Shown: piece after piece, positions 52,717-64,000 of the stretch | Layout: each line of letters opens with the position of its first letter | How positions within the stretch are numbered: position 1 is the stretch's first letter | Assembly: GCF_006345805.1 (NCBI RefSeq) | Contig: NW_021835987.1 | Location: forward strand, 248,001-312,000 | Source of the DNA: Octopus sinensis | Lineage: Eukaryota | DNA: 64,000 bases | Direction of reading: 5' to 3' | The notes under the pieces: model-generated | Database searches by the model: none | The model's input: the letters and a program-made list of their open reading frames with translations, nothing else | What the model was told of the DNA's origin: nothing | Translations under genes and position numbers: made by a program

Positions 52717-53016
52717 ATCTATAGAAGGAAATCTCGTTGTTGTCATTCGTGCTGACGACTGTCATTATATCTTTCGGTGAGTAATTCTTACAAACACGGC
52801 TGACGCTGTTGTAAGTAAAGAATTCTGATTGGCTGTTTAGAGCGATGGCGTTACATTCCAGTCGACTTCGTGCGGTGGGGAATTGTTGTTGTGTTGGAGG
52901 TGTCTCAATATATCATAGGAATAACCAGGTTCCAAACGTTTTGTAGTTAGCTTCCTTAATTCCCAGACCTGAGGTGACAGCCAGGATTTTGTAAGGGTTA
53001 ACAGCGTCACTTCCAT
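52717..53016 (-). pseudogene. Copy D exon 1 (PAN-like), frameshifted
   Basis: Close homolog of A exon 1 (RSRLECNAIALNSQSEFFTYNSVSRVCKNYSPKDIMTVVSTNDNNEISFYR) with three 1-bp indels. GTAAGT donor. Its 5' part is tandemly duplicated at about 53148-53330. Confidence 0.7.
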
Positions 53017-54509
53017 CACTTCTTGAGATGAAGGAAAACTGCGATATTCTTGTTCACCGGAAGGAGTTAGAAGGGGGAAAGAAATGGGCAATGAATAGAG
53101 AGAGAGAGAGAGGAGAGAGATAGAGAGAGAGACAGAAGGGAGTTTATAGACCTGAGGTGACAGCCAGGATTGTTGTAAGGGTTAACAGCGTCACTTCCAT
53201 CACTTCTTGATGAATGAAGGAAAACTGCGATATTCTTGTTCACCGGAAGGAGTAGAAGGGGGAAAGAAATGGCATGAAATAGAGAGAGAGAGAGAGGAGA
53301 GAGATAGGAGAGAGAGACAGAAGGGAGTTTTTATATGTAAGGGGAAAATGCGTCAGAGGTATTACTGAAGATGAGGAAATATTAGAGAGTAAGAGGGAGA
53401 AATCCTGGAAGAGAGAAAATCCTGAAATGACAAGATGGAGAACGTTTGCGTGTGAGAGGAAGGGTGCTTGCAAAAAAAGAGAAACGGATTTGAAGTAAAT
53501 TATAATTTAGGATAGTCTGTCTGTCTGTCTGTCTGTCTCTGTCCCTAGGTATGTGTTTGTGTATGTGCTTGCATGCATGTGTGACCCTCTGGATCTCTCG
53601 GCATACCAGCAACCACAAAATCCCCCCAGCCGGACACACCACTGCCACCAAGCTCATCATATATATGTATGTATGCATGTATGCATGCATGTATGTATGT
53701 ATGTCTGTATGTAGTATGTATGTATGTATGTATGTAGGTATGTAGGTATGCATGTATGCATGCATGTATGTATGTATGTATGCATGTATGTATGTATGTA
53801 TGTATGTATGTTTGTATGTATGTATGTGTGTGTGTCTGTGTGCGTGTGTGTGTGTGTGTTTATGTGTGTGTTTGTCCCACCACCAACATTGCTTCACACC
53901 GATGTTGGTGTGTTTGTGTCTCTGTTATTTGGATGTTCAGCAGAAGAGACTGATAGAATAAACACCAGGATTACAGGGAATAAGTCAAGGGTAAATTTCT
54001 TCGACTAAAGGGTGGTGCTCTAGCATGGCCACTCTCATTGACTGAAACAAGTAGAAGAATAAAAGAATACCAGAAAAACGTTCCGTAACACGAACCAAGA
54101 AGGTTCTTTGAATACGTACGATGTATTTTAAGGTTAAATAGTGATTCCGTTTACGTTTTTGTATCTGAGATATTTTGGTTGGATTAAGTAGTCGTTGGTG
54201 TTACATTACTTTCTACATTCTGTAATTATCACAATATACTTTTCTAGGCTTGAAATTTATGTTGTGAGGGTACCAGTTCATTACATTGACCTCAGTACAC
54301 AACTGGTACTTAATTTACCGAGCTCCAAAAGACGAAAGGATGTAATAAAAATGAGTGGAAATTAGGCTAACAACTAAAGAAATACATTTTAAAGTATCTC
54401 GATCTCTTTAACTTGAGCCGATTATTCTTCATTATGAGAGTGCTAACGTGTGCGTGTATGTATGCATGTGTACGTGTCTATGTGTGCTACATGTTCATTT
54501 GTTTTGCAG

Positions 54510-54672
54510 GTGAAACTAGTGATTAGCAAAACCAAACCGATGTGGTAACTATGATATTTAATGGACGAAATACAACCATTGAAAGCTGGTTCTCTCGGAA
54601 AAACTTGAAAAGTTCACCATGGAACGACCTGGCTTCAGCCACCGGACTTGAATTCTCAATTAAGGGACACAA
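54510..54672 (+). pseudogene. Orphan B-type exon 3
   Basis: Nearly identical to 17030-17190, with a 1-bp deletion and donor GT changed to GA. Neighbouring exons are deleted in this duplicated segment. Confidence 0.75.
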
Positions 54673-54677
54673 GAATG

Positions 54678-54727
<50 letters not shown>

Positions 54728-57724
54728 AGTTGTGTGTATGTGTGCGTGTGTGTAGATATTTGAGGACTTGTCTCTGTATTGTGCGAAAACTGCCAGCAAA
54801 TGAAGATTATCTGAACTATCTATACTACAATGGAGAAAACTTCTTATTAATTAGGCATGTGACGATAATTAAAGTACTAAAAAAATCGCAATTATTAAAG
54901 GGCTAACTGTCTGGAAATATTTTAAAGAAATTTCCTATAACTTCCATTTCTCAAGTTTCTTGAAGTATTTTTCAACACTCATTTCTCGCAAATTTAAATA
55001 TTCATTGCATTCACTGTGTCCAGTTAATCACAAATTAAAATATTCTTTGCATTCCCTGCGTCCAATTAATCACAAATTAAGTATTCTTTGCATTGACTGA
55101 AGAGTATTCTATTCTCATTTGCAATGCCTCTCACTTACTATTTTAAATTTTCATTTGCTATTTGGAAAACCGACAGTTTATTCTATTAATATAATGCGTA
55201 ATTTATTATTTATAGAATGAAAATTTTTTAAATACCTGTATAATTTTTGAATGTGGGATAGCTCTGAGAAGAACCTCGAAATTTGGCTTATTACTATTAG
55301 AAGACAAGAAGAAAACATTTTCCGACAAATACTCGAAACCTGCACCTTATTCACGGTTTCCCAATACTCTGTTCCACTAAACCAATATTTACACAAGTTG
55401 GCGGCGAGCTGGCAGAACCGTTAACAGGGCGGGCGAAATGCGTAGCCATATTTCGTCTGCCGCTACGTTCTGAGTTCAAATTTCGCCGAGATCGACTTTG
55501 CCTTTCATCCTTTCGGGGTCGATAAATTAAGTACCAGTTACGCACTAGGGTCGATGTAATCGACTTAATCCGTTTGTCTGTCCTTGTTTGTCCTCCTTGT
55601 GTTTAGCTCTTGTGGGTATTAAAGAAATAGGGTATTTCGTCTGCCGCTACGTTCTGAGTTCAAATTCCACCGAGGTCTACCTTGCCTTTCATCCTTTCGG
55701 GGTCGATTAAATAAGTACCAGTTACGCACTGGGTCGATATAATCGACTTAATCCGTTTGTCTGTCCTTGTTTGTCCTCTCTGTGTTTAGCCCCTTGTGGG
55801 TAGTAAAGAAATAAGGTATTTTGTCTACCGCTACGTTCTGAGTACAAATTCCGCCGAGGTCGACTTTGCCTTTCATCCTTTCGGGGTCGATTAAATAAGT
55901 ACCAGTTACGCACTGGGGTCGATATAATCGACTTAATCCGTTCGTCTGTCCTTGTTTGTCCCCTCTATGTTTGGCCCCTTGTGGGTAGTAAAGAAATAGG
56001 TACTACTTAAATGCAGGTGTTACGTACAAAACATTTTAAATGTACGCTGTGTGGACGGGTAATGACTGTGTGAATTTTCCAAAACTCCTCTCTGCATCCC
56101 ATCGGAACAAATTCTCCATTAAATCCCTATATACTCTGAATTCACAACATCTTTCGTGTATTTATAGATACTTTTGTTAAAAAGTATCCATTTTTCTGCA
56201 TGTCATGAGGCTACAAAGTCGGGAGCGTATACATGTATAGTAGCGCCCTTTTATTTATACGATTTCTTCATTTCATGTTTATTCCGTTCATTGTTTAGGG
56301 GAAGGTAAAAGTTGAAAGCCTGCTTCTCTCTGTGTTGTTGGACTAACGTGATGTTTACTTGAAAAAGAGAGATTATGACTGTGATAAATAAGGAAAATAC
56401 TTATTAAGCAAGTGAACACTAGTACTCCCTGCTGCCATGTGGGTTCATCTGGTACATCAGATAAACATTTCACAAATATAGGTTTCGAATCTCTGAGATT
56501 GTTTAGTAGAGTGCTGAAAGGATGTAGGCCTTTGAAATCTTACAGCGCTAGGTCCTTACACTAGATGGAGAGGATGATATATTAGGTACCTTACAATGAT
56601 GTTCAATATGGTTGTTGAGATTCGAAATCAGAACACTAGACCTTTGATTAGGTTACAGTATATTTATTAAAATTCTAGCATTAGGTGGATTATGAATAAG
56701 TGATCTTCAGATATTGACTAAAACTTCTGGTTATTAAATAAGTTACAACTAAATACATGTGGTACAAAGAACTTATTTTTGAGGCAAAACCATTGAAGCA
56801 AAATCATTGAACAATTACATTACTGGGATCTACCCCGTCATAGTTGAAAGCAGAAGAGCAGCATTGAGGTCCCAACACATAGCAGAATATAACGAAACAA
56901 AACTTACCTTTGTTACAGATCACACTAACAACTGTGTTTGAAAACGTTAACCACTGTCTACTGTTGTCGGTGCAATCAACTGATGCCACTGAACTACCAA
57001 GGAATGTCTGCAAATGTTTGAATTGTTCAATAATGCATTCAACTATTACTTAATCTTCACAGATGTCTTCACCGTCCACTACAGTCGTTACTGCTCTCTT
57101 GCTTCGAGTCTAATGCGCACAATTCTCAGTCGAATTGAAACGAAAATCGATTTAGAAAAGGCAAATTTTTACAGACTTGAACAGACTTGAAACACACTTC
57201 TTTTGTCCTCGGAATATTTAGAAGGCGTAAGTGTTGTTATTTTGTTGTTGGTGGTGGCCTTGGTGGTGGTGGTTGTTTGTAGTAGTAGTTGCAGTAGAGT
57301 TAGTAGTAGTGATTGTTGCTTTCGGGTGGAGCTTTTAATGGGGCGTTGATAGGGATGTTGCATTGTGTTGGTGATGATGATTGTGGTGATGTTTTAAGGA
57401 TATCATTACAGCAGTGTTGATATTTATGGTGTTAATTTTGCAAAAACGGTATGGGTGGTGGTAAGTGGATACAGTGGTTTATACTAATGTGGTGGCGTGA
57501 TAGTGGTGGTAGCCTGTTGGTAGTGGTGTTAGTAGTGTTATTGGTGATGCGATGTTGTAGGATGGTAGATGTAGTGCTGGTGATAGTGGTGGTGGTAGTT
57601 CTGTCAATGTTACAGTTATTGTTGTGGTTGTGGTGGTGAAAGATATTAATGATGATAACGAAGTTGAGTTTATAGTTGTGCCATATTTTAGCAGTATAGG
57701 TGGTGGTTGGTAGTGATGGTAGAT

Positions 57725-57785
<61 letters not shown>

Positions 57786-58871
57786 TTATTTACATATATA
57801 TATATATATACACACGGTAAGATACACACACACACACACACGCATGCCCACGCACGCACAAACACACACAAACACACACACACACACACACACTAACATA
57901 CACAAACATATATACAAACAAACACATCATACATGATATAAATGTACATGTATATACATGAACAGGGTATCGTGATGAAGTTGAATGAGGAAGCGTTAAG
58001 CATTGTGACCCTAGAAATATTAACCTGAATATGACAACAAACTAAGAAAATAAACAATTGATTTTGTTACAACAATACAAGGTGAAGCGTTCAGCTTTTC
58101 TTTTCTTTGTACCATTGTAAGTTCTGTGTTCATGAACTGGAAAAGGCAAGTTTCCTTTCTAAACAGTACGAATGTTGTACGGAAAATATGACAATAACAA
58201 CTCTTTAATCGATATTGATTAGAGAAAGATTAACCATAATACTTACATCATGTAACTTAACTTTGAAGGTTTTTGAATTTTTGCATTTCGATGGGGGAAG
58301 AAAGCACCAAAAATCTGCCAGGAGTAGAGAGAGAAAGAGATAGAGAGAAATGTATGTATACACCCACACCCACACACATATATATTGTGTAAGATATAAG
58401 TTAGAGGTAATGTAACCATCTACAGGATAGATGTATCCGAAGGCGCTCCTGGTAATACCTCAGTATGTATGACCCTTGTTATAAGGTATACGGTAGTAGG
58501 TAATTTAAAGGTAAAACCGTGGTTTATATATATATATAAAAACGATAAGAAAGGGAACAATAATAACAGTTAGAATTAGATCAAGGAAAAGCAGATGTAA
58601 AATGTTAGTTGATTCAATAGTCTTAAATTTCAGTGAGGTCCATAATTCCATATATCAGTTTTCCTTTCCTTTCCTTATATCTTCTTCTTACTGCCTTCTA
58701 TTTATCTTTGCCATATAATCGTTCTGATGATGTCTGTCAATTGCAACGAGATAACTGTACTTTTACCCCAGCTTGATACACCGAAACAGCTGTAAGCAGA
58801 TTCTCATCATTATTAAATGACTTTAAAACACACATTAGGTACTTCTAACAGTTATTGCTCCATTTCTTATC

Positions 58872-58952
<81 letters not shown>

Positions 58953-60443
58953 TTGATGGAGAGAGAGATAATGAGAGAATGAGAAAGAGGGAGAGACAAA
59001 AAGACAGACAGGGGACGAATAGATGTTGAAACTTTGCTTGGAACACCCGCGGGCTATCGGAAGGTGAATGTAAGTGGAGTGGTAAAGTGGACTGGAGGAG
59101 GTGAGAGGGAACTGAGAAGATGAACATGTGAAACGGGATTGGACAATGGAGGAGAAGAGGGGGGAACATAATGAGAGATAATTACGTGTTTGTGAAGGAG
59201 GATATAATTTGAAGAATCGTAATCTACGATGTCCGTTGCAGATACACTCGAAGCAACATTTAACACAGAGAGAAAGAAAAAAGCAAAGCAGTAACGTATT
59301 TTACAGCATAGAATCCGACAAAGTGAATGGCATAAGCATGTAGTGTAAGCATTTAACCATCGTCTCTATCTTCCGAAATCTTACAGCATTTCACATAGAA
59401 ATTTCCTTTTGGTTCCAAAGTCGTCTTGGTGTATAAGTCGACATACAATTTGGGGTATAAATTTTGATTTCAAAAATTCTGCTTGCATTCCGGAAGTAGG
59501 GTACAGACTAAATTTGCTGAAACAGAGTAGCAGGACCCTTTCAGTTAGGAATACACATGGGTATATTGAGGGAAACAGTGTACACTGAGCTGAATTGGGA
59601 GCTGAATTTGATCATAGATTTAGGGGACTCTTCCCCAACACACACACACGATGGGTTTTCACACGTCCGCAGGTGGGGAGCAAGTGGATTGGCATACTCG
59701 TTAAAATATTATTTGCCTTATTAATCCTGTAGGTTTCTCAGACTAAATCACGCTGAGGTCAACTTTACCTGTCATCTTACCCTGATCGATAAAATAAAAT
59801 ATCAGTGAAATTCTTGGCTCCATAACAATTTATAACCCACACCCTCCTATTTCAGGCATTGTCTAAATTAGAAAATCCCAAGATATATATTCTTAGAGAA
59901 AGCACCAAATATTTTTCTTAGGTCTCTGGGGTTTGTATGCGTGTAGAGGCGGGGCCGTCAGCATCACACATCCTAATCCAGTTCACCCAACTGGGGTTGA
60001 ACAACTTCCAGCTTGTATCCCATTGGCATTAAAGCACGGATCTGCCCTAATTATCCAAAAATAGTATCTAACCCATTGCCTGTCGAAAGCCTGTTTATAT
60101 GTTTGCCCTAAACGTGCACAGTTTAATTTAGCTCTTCTTTATGTAAATCTCTGAATCATATAAATGTTTTCTTTCCCAAAAGCCCAAGATGAGGACTTGT
60201 ATAGCATAAGATGCATGGAAACAGACGAAATATGTCTTGTGTATCACATGTGATACCCAGGCCAGGAAAAGACTTAAGATGAATGTTATGGAGTCTGTTG
60301 ATGATTTTCTTTCCTTTATTAGCTTTTCATTATATGTAAACCTCAACAATTTAAGGTTGTCAGTGTTTTGTCTCCCTTATTCCTCGACGTGGTGGCAAAT
60401 ACATGAAATCATTATTATTATTATTATTATAATTATTATTATA

Positions 60444-60505
<62 letters not shown>

Positions 60506-60939
60506 CATTTTATTATTATTGAGTGAGAGAGCAGTTCATGCCATCAAAGTGACACTGGGGTAAAATATACGAAGCCCAGTATATCCATCATGACTAACCG
60601 TCTGATAAGGGTACACTAGGCACATGCATCACAACCATATGTGCGCGACATGGTGATCTCATATCAAAATAAACAGCACATGACCTTGCAGGCGGGGCCC
60701 AGTTAGAATTTTCTTCAGGTTGAGTAGCCCATCCCACTCGAAAGGTCCCTGAATAAGGGCTGTTTAAGGATGTTGAACGAAACACCCATGTTTCCAGAGG
60801 TCAATTATTCAAACCCCAAAGAATCCCTCTCAACACATGGCTATGATGCCCCCCCCCACTACTTCTGCTCGTGATCAGATTTGCGCATATCGTCAGCCAC
60901 TAAGGGACATGCTCAACTGGTTAAAGTCAAACAACTGAT

Positions 60940-61610
60940 TTGGTGGGGGAAACAAGGAGGATGCGTGTGTGTGTTTGTGTGTCAGGGTTTGTTTTTACAT
61001 GTGCTGGGGCTGGTGGGGTAGTCCATTCCATTTCAGGTGTGTTGTCTGAAATGTCTTTCCTCCTGGCCTCCACATCTGGTGTCTCTGCTTCCACTTCTGA
61101 TGCCTCTGCTTGGAAGGATGCGCCCACTGTGCTCTTATGTGACCCTTTTGACCACATTGGTATCATCTGGGCTTCCTGCCCTCGACCATCACTCGAAGCC
61201 TGGTCTCCTCCCCCACCTGTATAGTATCAACAATTTCCCTCAAATCAGCAGGGGCTGCTTTTATTACAGGGCATGGACATCTCTAGTCCCTGCCCTTGCC
61301 AGATTTGTTGTTCTATTTTGGTTGCCTGGAGGTTGGATATTTTATCCTCCAGCCCCATCACAAGTGCCGCCACCAACCAGGTAACGATCACATCTGGCGG
61401 AATTACTCCAACCTTTATCTTTGAAGTGCATCTTCCAAGATATGTGGGTAGGAGGACAACCTCTGCAGTTTTCAGGGATGCCATGGAATGTTGTCTGGCC
61501 TTTCCTTCAGTTGCGTATTTCTTGCGCCTGGCCAAGTAGGCGACATCCTGCTGTGCTGACCTGAGGAATTTCACCACGGCTTCTTTCGAAGACATCCAAT
61601 TTCTCGTTCT
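60940..61610 (-). mobile_element. Retrotransposon ORF1/gag-like remnant (second copy)
   Basis: ORF 61245-61595 plus the decayed zinc knuckle. Confidence 0.5.
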
Positions 61611-62209
61611 TTATAATAAACGTTTTGTAAACAATAGTACAATGGGACGCGTAGTGCGTCCCACCAGGGGAGGGGTCACTTTGAATCAGTCCTTTATACT
61701 TGATGAGTTCGTTTTGGTCAATGAAAGAAGACGTATTTGAAAGCTTGGTGTATTTTCTCTTCTGTAGAGAAATACTGTCGTATTAGTGAACAAGCTTGAT
61801 CTTAGTGGATAGTCTGTGTGTTTTGTTCATTTCAGGCACATCTGAGTCTGTAATTAATACTGATAAGGGAACATCGGACTGAGAGCAGGCATTTATGAAG
61901 ACTCCTTAATCGGTAGAGCAAAATATTAAGAGTAGAAGACAGGATAGATCAGCGGAAAACGTGACGTTAATGAGTAGTTCTGATATCAACCGTTCACATA
62001 ACGAACTACGGCGTAGTCACCCCTGAGTCACCTCAAATTAATAATATATTAATATATTTTATTAATACATTAATAAAAATCTACATATTCATATTTTGAG
62101 TTTGCATCAATTGTACATATACATACATACATATATACACACATACATACATATATACATACATACATACATACATACATACATACATACACACACATAC
62201 ATACATACA

Positions 62210-62297
<88 letters not shown>

Positions 62298-63534
62298 AGC
62301 TTTCTTTGTAGTTTAGAACTTGCATTAACGAATCTATACATTTTAATCCCAGTTCAGGGGCCATGAGATGTGTGTGTGTGCGAGTGTGCGCGTATGAGTG
62401 TGAATCTGCAATTGTTACCTTTGTAATTAAGATTCACTGAAGCAAAAATCACTTGCGTGTTTATTTGTCAAGAAATATTGATATCTTTTAAAGTCAACAA
62501 TGAGTGATTGAACCTGTGTTTGATGCAGATATATGAACGTGTCCTGATCGCCTTATCAGCGTGACGGATTTGATTACATTTCTCCATTGGAAATCTTTGG
62601 CCTGGCGAGGTCACCAGTTCAGCCATTGTATCCCCTACACAAGCACCATCACCAGCAACTATTACTAGAATGTCAGCATCAGAAACACAACAGCAACAGC
62701 ATTATCAAGATCGGACCGACTTCTATAACTACACTTGCATAATCTCTCTACGTTTGGTGAAACGCTTGACTCTACTCAAGGAGTCTTCTTCTTCATAGAA
62801 ATATAAGAAAACGTATTCAAATGCTTCGTGTATTTTCTTTTTCTTCCGGGGAGAAACACTAGCACATTAGTAAGCAAGTTTGATCTTAGAGGATGGTATA
62901 AATGCACAGGCTCTGCTCTTTGGTCATTTCTGACACACCTGACTGCGAGTAATACTGATTAGGGGACGTCGGACCGAGAGCAGTCATTTATGAAGATTCC
63001 TGAATCCGATAAGGAAAATATTGATAGAAGACTGTTGTTAACGTCCATCCAATCCAGCTGACCACCACTGGTGATCCACACAAGTCACGTTTTACCTGTT
63101 AATAAAGAATCCATATAAATATGATCAGAAGAAAATTGTGACCTTAATGAACTGTCCTGATATCAACCGTTCACATAACGAACTTCGTTGTAGGGGCTGC
63201 CTTCAACCTCAGTGAAAGTGGGTTTTTTTCTATATCGCGTGGTATTTCATGTCAACGACTGTGTGTAATGATTAGAATGTGTAAGGATTAAGATGAAGTT
63301 GTGTGAGCGTCTGTGTTTGGGTATGTGTATTTAAGTACGTGTATTTGTGTGTGTGTGCGTGTTAAGTTTACTATGCGTGCATTGTGAAGAGGACGCGAAT
63401 TTGTGCTGTTTATATGAAGTCTATTTTATAAGGTCTAGCTGCCATGTAGAGGTCTCCCGCTGGATGATACATACTGCCATATTTGATGGCATAACAGATG
63501 AACATGCAGTCCCACGTGGACAATTGACATTTTT

Positions 63535-63962
63535 TTTTAGGCAGAAATTCAAGAGAAACGTCCAGAATTGACCAACAGGAAGGGTGTTGTTTTCCAACAT
63601 GATAATGCAAGACTGCACGTTTCTTTGAGAACCAGACAAAAATTGCTGCAGCTCGGCTGGGATGTGTTATCCCTCCCTCCATATTCACCAGATATTGCTC
63701 CTTCGGATTTCCACTAATTCAGGTCTCTGCAGAATAGTCTTAATGGTAAAAATTTCAATTCCTTGGATGACGAAAAAAGATACCTTGATGAATTCTTTGC
63801 CATGGAACTACCTCAATTCTGGGGAAAAGGGTATTTTCAAGTTAAAGGAAAGATGGAGACGCATTGTGCAACAAAATGGTTCATCTTTGGTTGATTAAAA
63901 AGTATTTATTGACCATTTTCTTTCCTTTAAAAATCGGCACGAACTTTCCGGACAACCCAATA
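63535..63962 (+). mobile_element. Mariner transposon 3' portion with TIR
   Basis: [21 protein letters not shown]...[18 protein letters not shown]...RWRRIVQQNG. TIR-like end CACGAACTTTCCGGACAACCCAATA. Confidence 0.9.
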
Positions 63963-64000
63963 GATAAGTACCAACGCACAAAACTCTCGGATCTTGAGTA

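Larger units (their letters stand above)
52700..62250 (+). repeat. Direct segmental duplication of 6520-8105 + 16563-17195 + 19690-27080
   Basis: Long collinear near-identical blocks. Junctions at about 54340 (AAGG microhomology) and about 54690 ((AT)n). Confidence 0.85.

Noticed and set aside
53148-53330. Second 5' half of D exon 1 as a separate gene
   Set aside because: A ~185-bp tandem duplicate lacking the PAN part and a donor; may be an assembly artefact
44877-62250. Explaining all duplicates as allelic haplotigs
   Set aside because: Exon 4 peptides are only about 50% identical and the blocks have distinct insertions and deletions, which is too much for alleles; local misjoins remain possible

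Overview
AT-rich, microsatellite- and SINE-dense eukaryotic DNA. The repeat families and gene family suggest an octopus/cephalopod (inference, not database-checked). The main genic content is a cluster of paralogs of one five-exon gene. It encodes a predicted secreted protein of about 290 aa: signal peptide plus a reduced 2-Cys PAN/apple-like domain (exon 1, about 300-330 bp) and an uncharacterised domain of about 190 aa (exons of 179, 155-164, 161 and about 50 bp; intron phases 1,0,2,1). Copy A (- strand): 6842-6542, 4998-4820, 3710-3547, 1553-1393; last exon not found in the window. Copy B (+): 12744-13074, 13641-13819, 17030-17190, 18971-19131, 19391-19446. Copy C (+): intact exons 2-5 at 30862-35140, no exon 1 found. 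Copy E (-): orphan exons 3-4 at 39008-37419. Copy D (-): 53016-44877, with 1-bp indels in every exon. An orphan pseudo-exon 3 lies at 54510-54672. The cluster was built by a ~7.5-kb inverted duplication (C/D) and a direct, internally deleted duplication (52.7-62.2 kb copies parts of 6.5-27 kb). Coding exons of the duplicates are far more diverged than their flanking introns. Other notable items are hammerhead-ribozyme-like motifs in Penelope-type repeats, a 94-bp tandem array of a poly(A)-signal-bearing unit after the C and D stop codons, palindromes breaking at the tip of a foldback MITE, and fragments of Penelope, CR1-like, R4/Dong-like and mariner elements. All alignments were done by eye. 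Exon coordinates were counted from splice signals; repeat boundaries are approximate.
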